Of a DNA stretch of 64,000 nt, positions 37,917 through 47,226 are shown in pieces (position 1 is the stretch's first letter; each line of letters starts with the position of its first letter). The DNA comes from Tepidisphaera sp. (GTDB taxonomy: Bacteria > Planctomycetota > Phycisphaerae > Phycisphaerales > UBA1924): positions 3,872,001 through 3,936,000 of the forward strand of contig CP051526.1 in NCBI GenBank assembly GCA_050916045.1, in the 5' to 3' direction. The notes under the pieces were generated by a model that was given only the letters and a program-made list of their open reading frames with translations, was not told where the DNA came from and made no database searches. A program made the translations under genes and the position numbers.

Positions 37917-39019
37917 AGCGGTGGATCGGAGGAGTCTTGAAGTGGACGGGCCGCACGCTTTGGGCGTGCGGCGCGGCCCTCCTTGCCGTCTGGGCGATCG
38001 GACAGATCGCCACCGACCGCTGGCACTGGTCGCAGTACTGCTTCTGGATTCCCACGATCTTCGCCGTGCCCGGGGCGGGCTTGGCGATGTCGGCGGGGCT
38101 TGCGCTCCGGTCGCTTGCGAGAAAGCGCGATGAAGCCAGGGCAAGCCCACGGCGGAGATGGATCGCGACGGGCACCGCCGTGACCCTGCTTGCTTCGTGC
38201 GTGTGGATCGGATGGCAGTGGCGGATCTTCGCACGACCGCCGGCCGCTTCGGACCGCACGCTCCGCGTCATCCACTGGAACGCGACAAGCGACATCGGCA
38301 AAGCCTGGCCGCTGCGCATCATGGACCGTAATCCGGATCTCATCGTCATCAATCCCGCGAGCCACCAGCTTTGCCGCGAGCTTGTCAGCCCGGACCGTCC
38401 ATACGGCGACCCGCTTTACAGGCACGGGTTCACGGTGCTTTCCAAGTACCGCATCGTTCGAACGGCATACACGACGCTCCGGATCTCACTGGGCACGGGC
38501 ATCGATCCCAGGAAGGATGATCTGGTCGGCCAGCACAAGGACCATGGGCGGGCGCTGATGGTCGAGCTTGACACCACGGAGGTCTTCGGACGCAGACTCC
38601 GGGTGCTTTGCCTGGATCTTCCGTCGGATGTGAGCCTTCATCGCGGCGTTTCGTCGGCCGAAGCGGCGCGGGCGCTGGCTTCGTACGCGGGGCCGTTTTC
38701 CGTGCTTGGTGAGGACGGAGTCTGGTCGCAGGAGACCCCAAGCGTTCCGGGCGTCGGAGCACCGGACCTGGTTTTGGGTGATTTCAACACGCCGCGTGGT
38801 TCACGGTCGCTGGAACGGCTGACCGAGGGGCTTGGGCATGTGTACGACGAGGCTGGACGCGGCCCGTTCGGCACATGGCCGTACGCGCGGCCGATCTGGC
38901 ACCTGGACCACATGTTCATCGCGCCGTGGCTTCGCGGCGTGGTTTACGAGCCCCTTGATCTCGGCGGCGGGACGCACCGCGGCCAGCTTGCGGATCTCGC
39001 GGTTCGCGAACCTTCCTGA
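37913..39019 (+). CDS. Membrane-anchored endonuclease/exonuclease/phosphatase family protein
   Basis: N-terminal TMs; LRVIHWN, GDFN, LDHMF and THR motifs; coupled via GTGA. Confidence 0.8.
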   Translation: MKRWIGGVLKWTGRTLWACGAALLAVWAIGQIATDRWHWSQYCFWIPTIFAVPGAGLAMSAGLALRSLARKRDEARASPRRRWIATGTAVTLLASCVWIGWQWRIFARPPAASDRTLRVIHWNATSDIGKAWPLRIMDRNPDLIVINPASHQLCRELVSPDRPYGDPLYRHGFTVLSKYRIVRTAYTTLRISLGTGIDPRKDDLVGQHKDHGRALMVELDTTEVFGRRLRVLCLDLPSDVSLHRGVSSAEAARALASYAGPFSVLGEDGVWSQETPSVPGVGAPDLVLGDFNTPRGSRSLERLTEGLGHVYDEAGRGPFGTWPYARPIWHLDHMFIAPWLRGVVYEPLDLGGGTHRGQLADLAVREPS

Positions 39020-39037
39020 ACAGATCGCGGGTACACT

Positions 39038-39739
39038 GTGATCGTGAGCACACCCGGCCAACAGCCCCGCTCGCCCGCGGGCGATGTCTTTCCCGCGACG
39101 CAGGTGTCGTGGATCGACGACCACATGGGCCGGGGCACGATCGGTCGCTCCGAAATCAACCGGCACATCATGCAGGTGTACCGCTGGCCGCTCCGCGTGT
39201 ACTTCATGGGCACGCGCGACCGCTGGCTTGGCGAGCCCGAGGACATCGTGGACGGGTTCTTCGCCGACCGCCTGTCGCGGCCGCAGTTCATCAAGGACTG
39301 GCGTGCGAGCGGTCTCAAGCTCCGCCACTGGCTGATCAATGCGTTCTGCTTCTATCTGCGGGAACTCAAGCGTGCTCGCCAGCGCCACGCCCACGAAGAC
39401 CTCACCCAGACCGCCGAACCCGAAATCACGCCGTCGGACCTGCGTGAGCTCGACCGCGCTTACGTCGCCTCAATCGTCCGCGAAGCGCTCGCCGAAGCCG
39501 AGCGCGTGTGCAACGAACAGGGCATGAGCCAGCACTGGAAGGTCTTTTCCATGCACTTTGCCATGGGCCGGCCGTACGACCAGTTCGTCGAAGACATGGG
39601 AATCGACCCCGCCCGAGCGGTCGTCATGGCCCGCACGGCCAAGAAAAAATTCCAAGCCGCGCTCCGCGAACTCCTTAGCAACGACAGCGATTCGACCGAC
39701 ATTGATGCGGAGATTCGTCAACTCCTGGAGGGCTCCTGA
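39038..39739 (+). CDS. ECF-like sigma factor (FPxTxxS N-terminal type)
   Basis: FPATQVSWI, YRWPLRVY, EDIVDGFF, KLRHWL and C-terminal IDAEIRQLL. Confidence 0.7.
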   Translation: MIVSTPGQQPRSPAGDVFPATQVSWIDDHMGRGTIGRSEINRHIMQVYRWPLRVYFMGTRDRWLGEPEDIVDGFFADRLSRPQFIKDWRASGLKLRHWLINAFCFYLRELKRARQRHAHEDLTQTAEPEITPSDLRELDRAYVASIVREALAEAERVCNEQGMSQHWKVFSMHFAMGRPYDQFVEDMGIDPARAVVMARTAKKKFQAALRELLSNDSDSTDIDAEIRQLLEGS

Positions 39740-40260
39740 TGCCATCCGAAGGCTCCTTTGACCCGATGATCTCGCTTCCCGGAACGGTGGCACGCACGTC
39801 CGAGCTCGGCTCTCGCGTCGGGCTTGACCCCCAGCTGGCCCAGGAGATGCTCAAGATGGGCGTCGCCGATGCCCGCCGGCCCATCGACCGGCTGATCGAG
39901 CGTCTGAGCGTGCCGGGCGGAGCGGACTGGCTGGTGCTCGGACTTCGACTGCCGCAGTGCGGGTTCGGCGAGGATCCCGAAGGCGGGCTGGTCCGCGGAC
40001 GTCTTTCGCTCGCGGCTCTGGACGCGGCGAAGGAACGATGTAAGCAGGCCGCGTTCACCGACCCCGATGCGAACGTGCGTCTGGCGGCGACGGGCGGTTA
40101 CTACCTCACCATCGCGGCGGCGGCCGTGCACCACAACCGCCTGATCACCTCCCTGCCCCACGAAGAGCTCAGCAACGCTTTCTTGGACCTTGGAGCCGCG
40201 ATGCAGGAACCTTGGGCTCTGCTTTTGGGCAGAGCCGCTCTGCTGCTCGGCGTCGCCTGA
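39739..40260 (+). CDS. Hypothetical protein coupled to the ECF sigma gene
   Basis: TGATG stop/start overlap; 173 aa, mostly helical. Confidence 0.7.
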   Translation: MPSEGSFDPMISLPGTVARTSELGSRVGLDPQLAQEMLKMGVADARRPIDRLIERLSVPGGADWLVLGLRLPQCGFGEDPEGGLVRGRLSLAALDAAKERCKQAAFTDPDANVRLAATGGYYLTIAAAAVHHNRLITSLPHEELSNAFLDLGAAMQEPWALLLGRAALLLGVA

Positions 40261-40304
40261 GGCGAAAGCAGAAGAGCGAGCGTCGAGACCGAACCTCCGA
40301 ATCA

Positions 40305-40525
40305 GAAAAAAGGGACGACGAGCCGTGCATGCACGGGCTCGTCGTCATCGATCGGGAAAAAACGGCTGAGGGGTCCGGGCTGTCCGTCCCGAACCCCTTA
40401 TTCAGCCGTGCGTCTCAGCTCCCTCCGAACCGAGATCACGAAGATCGAGATCACCAGATTCGGAGTCCAAATCCTGCCGCCGGCGATCAAAACCCCAGCC
40501 AATCCCCGGTCACCACCGGCGGGCT
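40305..40525 (-). ncRNA. Candidate structured RNA or tandem terminators (four consecutive hairpins)
   Basis: Stems at about 40476-40522, 40423-40465, 40362-40409 and 40314-40346; three contain G-U pairs that work only on the minus strand; the last two end in U6 runs. Confidence 0.45.
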
Positions 40526-40592
40526 CCACTGAAGAAAGGCACATGGCCGAGCGCCGTGCACGCTGCTTTTCAGATTTTTCGCCAGATTGACC

Positions 40593-41681
40593 CTAAAGGC
40601 CGTTCACCAGGACCTCGGCCGCCGCGCTCACCGCCGTCCGGGCTTGCGGACCCCGCCCGTTCCCGGGGATCACGATGTGCGGCATGATCGGAGAGCCCTC
40701 CAGACGGACCCCACGGCTGGTGACGTAGTCCGCCGTCGGGTACTGAAGCTCAAACCCGTGAGGAAGGCGAGCGTGCACCGAAAGCAGCACCTTGCCCGCC
40801 GACCGCTGGCCGAGGATGACCGCGTTGCGATGGTCGCGCAAAGCCGAAGCCACGATCTCCGAAGCGCTGGCGCTCCCCCGCGACAACAGCACAGCCACCG
40901 GGATCGTGAGGGGCTCCTTCGCGTTGCGGCGGACCCGGTACTTGCGGTCGGTCCACGCGGCGATCTCGGAAGCGGACTTGGCCGCGGCGCCGTTCTCGCG
41001 CTCGAACGCTCCCGCCATGTCGCGGTTCACGTAGACGCCGATCGCCGTGTCCTTGGGGATAAAGAGCCCGAGCAGATGCGACATCGCGGTCACGGCGCCC
41101 CCACCGTTGCCGCGAAGGTCGATGATGATGCCCTTGGCTCGCGGCTGAATCTCGTCGATGAACGCTTCGATCTTCGCGCGGTCGTATTGGTCGTCGTCAA
41201 AGCTCCGGAGCTTGAGCACTGCGATATCGCCCGGTTCCCAGGCGAGGGTCTGGTTCTCGCGGCCCGGCACGCGCGGCGCGGCGCCCGGCTGGCGGAGTTG
41301 GAGGCTCGAAGGCTCGCGCGGCGACTCGGGCCGTTCGGTCGGCGCTTTGAGACGAACGTGGCTGATGCCGTAGGTTTCAAGGACGCGGTTGACCTCCAAA
41401 GCGAGGCGCGCGGGGTCCGCTGCATCGTCAAACTTGTCTTCTGCTTGCACGATCTTCTCATCCCAGGCGCGGAAGTCGACGCCGGTCGCGAAGGCCCTGC
41501 GGGTGAGGGTCCGTCCGACGGCTTCGATGACCTCTTTGCGCTGGGAAGCCCACTGGGAGGCTTCGGCTTCCTCGGCACCGGCTTCGGCGGCTTTGGCCTG
41601 GCTCTCGGGCGGCATGACCTCCGGTTGGGTCGGAGAGGCCCAGAACGAGAGAGCCAGGGTCAGCACGAGGAGGATGGGCAT
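40593..41681 (-). CDS. S41 family C-terminal processing peptidase (no obvious PDZ domain)
   Basis: IIDLRGNGGG, SASASEI and GQRSAGK motifs; signal peptide MPILLVL. Confidence 0.88.
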   Translation of the reverse strand: MPILLVLTLALSFWASPTQPEVMPPESQAKAAEAGAEEAEASQWASQRKEVIEAVGRTLTRRAFATGVDFRAWDEKIVQAEDKFDDAADPARLALEVNRVLETYGISHVRLKAPTERPESPREPSSLQLRQPGAAPRVPGRENQTLAWEPGDIAVLKLRSFDDDQYDRAKIEAFIDEIQPRAKGIIIDLRGNGGGAVTAMSHLLGLFIPKDTAIGVYVNRDMAGAFERENGAAAKSASEIAAWTDRKYRVRRNAKEPLTIPVAVLLSRGSASASEIVASALRDHRNAVILGQRSAGKVLLSVHARLPHGFELQYPTADYVTSRGVRLEGSPIMPHIVIPGNGRGPQARTAVSAAAEVLVNGL

Positions 41682-41944
41682 GCATGGAGCATACCGGGTC
41701 CGGCCGAAATCGGACCGCTGGATCGATCCGGGAGCGACACCTATCATAACCCTCACGATCCGACGGCGAGGTGGGAGCGGGTTCATTTTCGGATTCTGGA
41801 AGGATCGTCGAGGTGGAGAGGGAGGGTGTCGGGCGTTGGCTTGGGATTGACCCATGGGGGGTACCCGCTACCATCTTCGCTCGCCCGGGCCCGGTCCCGG
41901 GAGGTTTCGTTGGGACAAGAGCTGGGAGTTTGCCCGACAGGTTT

Positions 41945-42016
41945 GCCGCTGTAGCTCAGTGGTAGAGCGCACCCTTGGTAAGGGTGAGGCCGTGGGTTCA
42001 ATCCCCACTAGCGGCT
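41945..42016 (+). tRNA. tRNA-Thr(GGT), no encoded CCA
   Basis: gccgctg acceptor stem, tagctcagtggtagagc D-arm, caccc-ttGGTaa-gggtg anticodon arm, ggttcaatcc T-loop. Confidence 0.95.
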
Positions 42017-42158
42017 TTTCCGACTGGAATCCGGAGAGATCCGGCGGTCGGTGTCAGATAGTTTTGTCCGCCTCACGGCTCGCCTGGTACAGGGAATCAG
42101 GCTGGAGAGCCTGACCCTCGAGGCGTCGGTCCGGTTCATTCTGTCGGGAGTTTTCGTC

Positions 42159-43361
42159 ATGGCCAAAGGCACTTTCACTCGCAACAAACCCCACGTCAAC
42201 GTCGGCACGATCGGTCACATCGACCACGGCAAGTCGACCCTGACGGCCGCCCTTTCGGCCCGCTCCGCGGCCCGTTTCGGCGGTCAGATCAAGTCGTACG
42301 CCGAAATCACCAAGGGTGGTACGGTCCGCGACTCCAACAAGACCGTCACGATCGCGTCCTCGCACACCGAGTACGAGACCGAGAAGCGTCACTACGCCCA
42401 CGTCGACTGTCCGGGCCACGCCGACTTCGTGAAGAACATGATCACCGGCGCCGCCCAGATGGACGGCGCGATTCTGGTGGTCTCGGCCGCCGACGGCCCG
42501 ATGCCGCAGACCCGCGAGCACGTGCTCCTCGCCCGTCAGGTCGGCGTGCCCTACATCGTCGTCTTCCTGAACAAGGTCGACCTCGTTGACGACCCCGAGC
42601 TCCTCGACCTGGTCGAGATGGAAGTCCGCGACCTCCTCAAGAAGTACGGCTTCCCCGGCGACACGACCCCGATCATCCGCGGTCAGTCCAAGCTCGCGCT
42701 TGAGAACCCGCGCGACGACAAGGCCTGCAAGCCGATCGATGACCTCTTCAACGCCATCGACACCTGGATCCCCGAGCCGGCCCGCGAAGTCGACAAGCCC
42801 TTCCTCATGTCCGTGGAAGACGTCTTCTCGATCAAGGGTCGCGGTACGGTCGCCACCGGCCGTATCGAGCGCGGCATGATCAAGGTCGGCGACGCCTGCG
42901 AGATCGTCGGTCTCCGCAAGGAGAACAAGGCTTCGATCATCACCGGCGTCGAAATGTTCCAGAAGACCCTCGACAGCGGCATGGCCGGCGACAACGTCGG
43001 TCTCCTCCTCCGCGGCGTGGAAAAGGACGACATCGAGCGCGGGCAGGTCATCTGCAAGCCCAACTCGATCAAGCCCCACACGCAGTTCAAGGGCGAGGTG
43101 TACATCCTGACCAAGGAAGAAGGCGGCCGTCACACGCCGTTCTTCACCGGCTACCGCCCCCAGTTCTACTTCCGCACGACGGACGTCACCGGCACCTGTA
43201 AGCTCCTCGGCGGCGCCGAGATGTGCATGCCCGGCGACAACGTCCAGATGGAAATCGACCTCATGGAGAAGCCCGTCGCCATGGAGAAGGGCGTCCGCTT
43301 CGCCGTCCGCGAAGGCGGCAAGACGATCGGCTCCGGCGTCGTCACCGAGATCATCAAGTAA
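42159..43361 (+). CDS. tuf: Elongation factor Tu
   Basis: [21 protein letters not shown] and [13 protein letters not shown] motifs. Confidence 0.98.
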   Translation: MAKGTFTRNKPHVNVGTIGHIDHGKSTLTAALSARSAARFGGQIKSYAEITKGGTVRDSNKTVTIASSHTEYETEKRHYAHVDCPGHADFVKNMITGAAQMDGAILVVSAADGPMPQTREHVLLARQVGVPYIVVFLNKVDLVDDPELLDLVEMEVRDLLKKYGFPGDTTPIIRGQSKLALENPRDDKACKPIDDLFNAIDTWIPEPAREVDKPFLMSVEDVFSIKGRGTVATGRIERGMIKVGDACEIVGLRKENKASIITGVEMFQKTLDSGMAGDNVGLLLRGVEKDDIERGQVICKPNSIKPHTQFKGEVYILTKEEGGRHTPFFTGYRPQFYFRTTDVTGTCKLLGGAEMCMPGDNVQMEIDLMEKPVAMEKGVRFAVREGGKTIGSGVVTEIIK

Positions 43362-43485
43362 GTCTCGGCTCGTTTGAACATCACATCGTCCGGGTCGAAA
43401 GGCCCGGACGGTTGTTTCAGGGAAATTAGCATCGCGTACCCCCTTCGGCCGATGCCGATGGCACGCGAAGAAAGTCTGGTGGATC

Positions 43486-43668
43486 ATGGCGAAGAAGAAA
43501 TCGATGGCCCGCGAATACTGCTGGCTCCAGTGCACCGAGACCGGCGACCTCAACTACCGCACCGAGGTGAACACCAAGGGTGGCATGCCGGAGGGTCTCA
43601 AGGAAGGCCTCAGCAAGTACAGCCCCCGGCTGCGCCGGCACACCATGCACAAAGTGAAGCGGAAGTAA
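43486..43668 (+). CDS. rpmG: 50S ribosomal protein L33 (lacks CxxC Zn motifs)
   Basis: LQCTETGDLNYRT...KYSPRLRRHTMHK; position between tuf and secE. Confidence 0.9.
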   Translation: MAKKKSMAREYCWLQCTETGDLNYRTEVNTKGGMPEGLKEGLSKYSPRLRRHTMHKVKRK

Positions 43669-43772
43669 TCGCCCATCGGCTTCCCGCGCACGGGCCTCGC
43701 GCCCGGCCATCGCGGCAGAGCCGAGCCGGCGAACCCCTCAGACCCCGGAGCACTACGCTTCCGGGTGTACGG

Positions 43773-43845
<73 letters not shown>

Positions 43846-43893
43846 TTCACGACGTCGACGACCTGAGTTATGCAGACGCGCCAGGATACTCCC

Positions 43894-44667
43894 ATGACCG
43901 ACCGTGCTCCCCAGCTCACCGAATCCGCGGATTCGCGCGATTCGACCGCCTCGCTCGCGCCGACTCGGCGCGAGCATGGCATGGGGCTCTACAAGCCCGG
44001 TCAGGGGTACTGGACCCGCGTCGGCACGGCCATCGGCCTCATCCTCCTGCTGCTCTCGGCCGTCGCCTGGCTCGTCAAGCAGTGCGAGCTCGTCAACATC
44101 CCCCTCACCACATGGACCGTCAGCGTCAGCGGTGTGCAGGGTGACATTGCTTCGGGAACCGACGTCCGCGTCCTCACCGAAAGCCTCACTCCCGGCACCG
44201 CTCCCGCCGCCGTCGCCACCGGGCACGTCTCGGAGGTCACCTCCAGCGTCGCCGGCCGCAAAGCCCTGACCCTGGACAAGATCACCTACGCCGAAGGCCA
44301 GAACACCCTCGCGGTGGGCAAGAATCTCGCGGTCGGCACCGCGGAAGGCGCTCCGGTCGTCAAGATCGAGTCCATCGTCGGCAACCCGGCTTTCCCGCGG
44401 ATCTGGCTCCAGGGTCCGGCTGCCCTCACGCTTTTCCTGGTCGGCCTCGGGCTGATCTACTGGTTCGTGGGCATCCGTGCCCGCTCGGTTGATTTCCTCA
44501 TCGCGACCGACGCGGAGATGAAGAAGGTCAACTGGTCCAGCCGCAAGACGATCGTGGATTCGACCTGGATGGTCGTCGGGGCTTCGGTCCTGATCGCCGG
44601 GCTGATCTACATCATCGACATCATCTTCCAGTGGTTCTTCGCCCTGATCGGGGTTCTCGCCCGCTGA
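43894..44667 (+). CDS. secE: Preprotein translocase subunit SecE with a large inserted extracytoplasmic domain
   Basis: YKPGQGYWTR N-terminus; C-terminal DFLIATDAEMKKVNWSSRK followed by TM; synteny before nusG; start uncertain. Confidence 0.88.
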   Translation: MTDRAPQLTESADSRDSTASLAPTRREHGMGLYKPGQGYWTRVGTAIGLILLLLSAVAWLVKQCELVNIPLTTWTVSVSGVQGDIASGTDVRVLTESLTPGTAPAAVATGHVSEVTSSVAGRKALTLDKITYAEGQNTLAVGKNLAVGTAEGAPVVKIESIVGNPAFPRIWLQGPAALTLFLVGLGLIYWFVGIRARSVDFLIATDAEMKKVNWSSRKTIVDSTWMVVGASVLIAGLIYIIDIIFQWFFALIGVLAR

Positions 44668-44882
44668 TCGGGCACGGGTTTCGACGGGTGGCTACCATCG
44701 GTGGTCAGGCGGGTTCGGTCTTGTGAGCCTGACGTGGTTGGTGGGACATGGGCGGGGGCGTCCTTTGCAGTGTTCGGTTCGGCGTGTCGGCAGAGCTCCC
44801 AAGCAACGGGGCATCTTCCGACGACATCACTCGGAAACAGGATCAGACCATCGCCCCCAGCGGGCCGATTCAGGAGCGGGCC

Positions 44883-45530
44883 ATGAAAGAAGCCAAAGTG
44901 AACCAGGATGCCCCCGTCATTCAGACCACGGAGCGCGTCGGCCTCCTCGGGACCGATGAGCCCCTCCGCACGCCCGGCATGGACTGGTTCGTCCTTCGCG
45001 TCGCCAGCAACAAGGAAAGCTACGTCCGCGACACCCTCCTGCGCAAGGTGCAGATCGAAGGGATGTCTCACCTCGTCAACCGCTTGCTGGTGCCCACCGA
45101 GAAGACCCGCACCATCAAGAACGGCAAGCAGAAGATCACCGAGACCAAGCTCTATCCCGGATACGTCTTCGTCGAGATGCGCCTCGAGCCCGACGGCCGG
45201 ATCCCGCAGGATGTGTTCTTCCTCATCAAGGAAACCACCGGCGTGGGCGATTTCGTCGGCACCGCCGGCCGCCCGGCTCCGATGAAGGAACACGAAATCG
45301 AGAAGATGCAGAAGGACTCGCGCAAGCCCGAGGACGAGCCGACGCTCAAGCTCACCTTCGAGAAGGGCGAGCACGTGGTCATCAAGGAAGGCCCGTTCCA
45401 AAGCTACGAGGGCACGGTCGACGAGATCGATCCCGAGAAGGGCCGCCTCAAGGTGCTCGTCACGATCTTCGGCCGCCAGGCTCCGATCGAGCTCGAAGAG
45501 TGGCAGGTCGGCAAAGCCGAGCAGGCCTGA
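44883..45530 (+). CDS. nusG: Transcription termination/antitermination factor NusG
   Basis: WFVLRVASNKE, KLYPGYVFVEM, KOW IKEGPF and VTIFGRQAPIEL motifs. Confidence 0.95.
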   Translation: MKEAKVNQDAPVIQTTERVGLLGTDEPLRTPGMDWFVLRVASNKESYVRDTLLRKVQIEGMSHLVNRLLVPTEKTRTIKNGKQKITETKLYPGYVFVEMRLEPDGRIPQDVFFLIKETTGVGDFVGTAGRPAPMKEHEIEKMQKDSRKPEDEPTLKLTFEKGEHVVIKEGPFQSYEGTVDEIDPEKGRLKVLVTIFGRQAPIELEEWQVGKAEQA

Positions 45531-45531
45531 A

Positions 45532-45774
45532 TCACGCGTGCAGGTCGATCAACCGCCCCACCACCGGGACGCCCGAGCAACTGGCTTTGCTCTGACGCCA
45601 CGCGCGCCGATGGGCTTCGTTCTGCTGAGCGAGCGAGAGGTGAAACGGAAGGGTCGGAGCCGGCCGCTCGCGCTCGGCGTTGGCACGCTCAAGCGACTCG
45701 GCGAACGCCGGACGGAGCGAACGGAACGCGGATGCGAGCGCCGGACAGACGGAAATCGGCTCAGATCTGAACAT
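45532..45774 (-). CDS. Possible small protein with a C-terminal GxxIDxxA motif
   Basis: 80 aa ORF convergent on nusG, ending VGRLIDLHA-stop. Confidence 0.4.
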   Translation of the reverse strand: MFRSEPISVCPALASAFRSLRPAFAESLERANAERERPAPTLPFHLSLAQQNEAHRRAWRQSKASCSGVPVVGRLIDLHA

Positions 45775-45993
45775 GACGCCGTTCTGGTGTCGAACGGGAT
45801 GCCGGAGCCGCGGCGACCCGGTTTACGCCCGCTCCAAGGGCGCCACCGCCCATAAAACACCGTCCGCGACGGCTCCAAGGCCCTCGACGGACCACCCTGA
45901 TGGGTGACGCGGAAGATGCGGAACATGAGGTCTGGACCGACGCGCTGCCCGCGGGCAGCACCCCTCTCCGCTCAGTGAAGCAAGGACACCACG

Positions 45994-47133
45994 GTGCTGA
46001 GAACCGCCGATCTTGAGTACGAGCTGCCGGAAGCGAGCATCGCGACCGCGCCCGCGACCCCGCGTGACTCGGCACGGCTGCTCGTCCTTCCCCCCGACGG
46101 CTCGCCTGCGATGCACCGGCGGGTTTCCGACCTCCCCTCGGTGCTTGGACGGGGCGACCTTCTCGTCTTCAACGCGACGAGGGTGCTCCGGGCGCGGTTT
46201 GTCGGCCACCGGGCCGACACGGGTGGCAAAGCCGAGGGGCTTTTCCTTCGGGAAGCCGACCTGCCGGGCGGTGGAGTTGGCTGGATCTGTCTGGCTCGAC
46301 TCAAGCGGATCGCACCGGGCGTGGAGATCACCGTGGAACGCAAGCCCGGCGAAGTGGCTCTCCGGCTGCTCGCCGTCGCGCCCCAGACGGAAGAGCTCGG
46401 CGCGTGGCTCTTTGCTCCGCGCCTGCCGGACGGAGCACCGGTCGTCGAGCCTGCGGCGGAGGTGCTAGAACGGGCCGGACTGACGCCGCTCCCGCCGTAC
46501 ATCCTTCGAGCCCGGACCCATCAGGGGCTCGAACGCCCCGAGGATGAGGATCACGACCGGTACCAGACCACCTTCGCCAAGGGTCAAGCCGGGTCGGTCG
46601 CGGCTCCGACCGCCGGGCTCCATTTCACCCCCGAACTCCTTGAATCGCTGGCCGACGCCGGGGTCGAGCGGGCCGAGGTGACCCTCCACGTCGGGACCGG
46701 GACCTTTCGACCGGTCGAAACCGAGTTCGTCGACGACCACCCGATGCACTCGGAGTGGTGCTCGATGTCTGCGGAGGCCGTCGAACAGGTGCGGCGCGCC
46801 CGCGCGGAGGGGCGGAGGGTGATCGCGGTAGGCACCACCAGCGCCAGAACCCTCGAATCCTTCGCCCAAGCCGAGGAAAGAGGGGAGCTGCCCGAAAGCC
46901 TCGCGACGCGGATCCTGATCACGCCGGGGTACCCCTGGCGCTGGGTGGACGGCCTCCTCACCAATTTTCACCTGCCGCGTTCGACCCTCATGGCCATGGT
47001 CGCTTCCAGAATCTCGGCCGAGCCGGGTGTCGGGGTCGCCAAGCTCAAGGAGCTCTACGCCATCGCGCTCCGGGAGGGGTACCGGTTCTATTCCTTCGGC
47101 GACGCGATGCTGATCCAGCCGCGGCGTGGCTGA
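45994..47133 (+). CDS. queA: S-adenosylmethionine:tRNA ribosyltransferase-isomerase
   Basis: PLPPYI, RYQT, GSVAAPTAGLHF, TLHVG.GTF, LTNFHLPRSTL and YRFYSFGDAM motifs. Confidence 0.96.
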   Translation: MLRTADLEYELPEASIATAPATPRDSARLLVLPPDGSPAMHRRVSDLPSVLGRGDLLVFNATRVLRARFVGHRADTGGKAEGLFLREADLPGGGVGWICLARLKRIAPGVEITVERKPGEVALRLLAVAPQTEELGAWLFAPRLPDGAPVVEPAAEVLERAGLTPLPPYILRARTHQGLERPEDEDHDRYQTTFAKGQAGSVAAPTAGLHFTPELLESLADAGVERAEVTLHVGTGTFRPVETEFVDDHPMHSEWCSMSAEAVEQVRRARAEGRRVIAVGTTSARTLESFAQAEERGELPESLATRILITPGYPWRWVDGLLTNFHLPRSTLMAMVASRISAEPGVGVAKLKELYAIALREGYRFYSFGDAMLIQPRRG

Positions 47134-47226
47134 ATCTGTGTCTGCCAAGGGGTGCGATGGTCGATACGATGGGCCGCTCGCCACAAGCGAATGGACTCGC
47201 CGACGGCGTGGCACAGGTGCGGCCGC

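Noticed and set aside
43385..43412. Hairpin with a GAAA loop after tuf as a novel RNA
   Set aside because: A single stem-loop is adequately explained as an mRNA stability or weak termination element.
42054..43553. Long antisense ORFs over tuf (similarly over trpS, PhoX, mraY and the NfeD-like pair)
   Set aside because: Expected artefact of strong GC3 codon bias; no protein motifs.
45780..45990. tmRNA, RNase P or SRP RNA in the nusG-queA gap
   Set aside because: No tRNA-like ends, GAGGAAAGUCC or SRP loop signature; only short hairpins and a 9-bp repeat (GCTCCAAGG).
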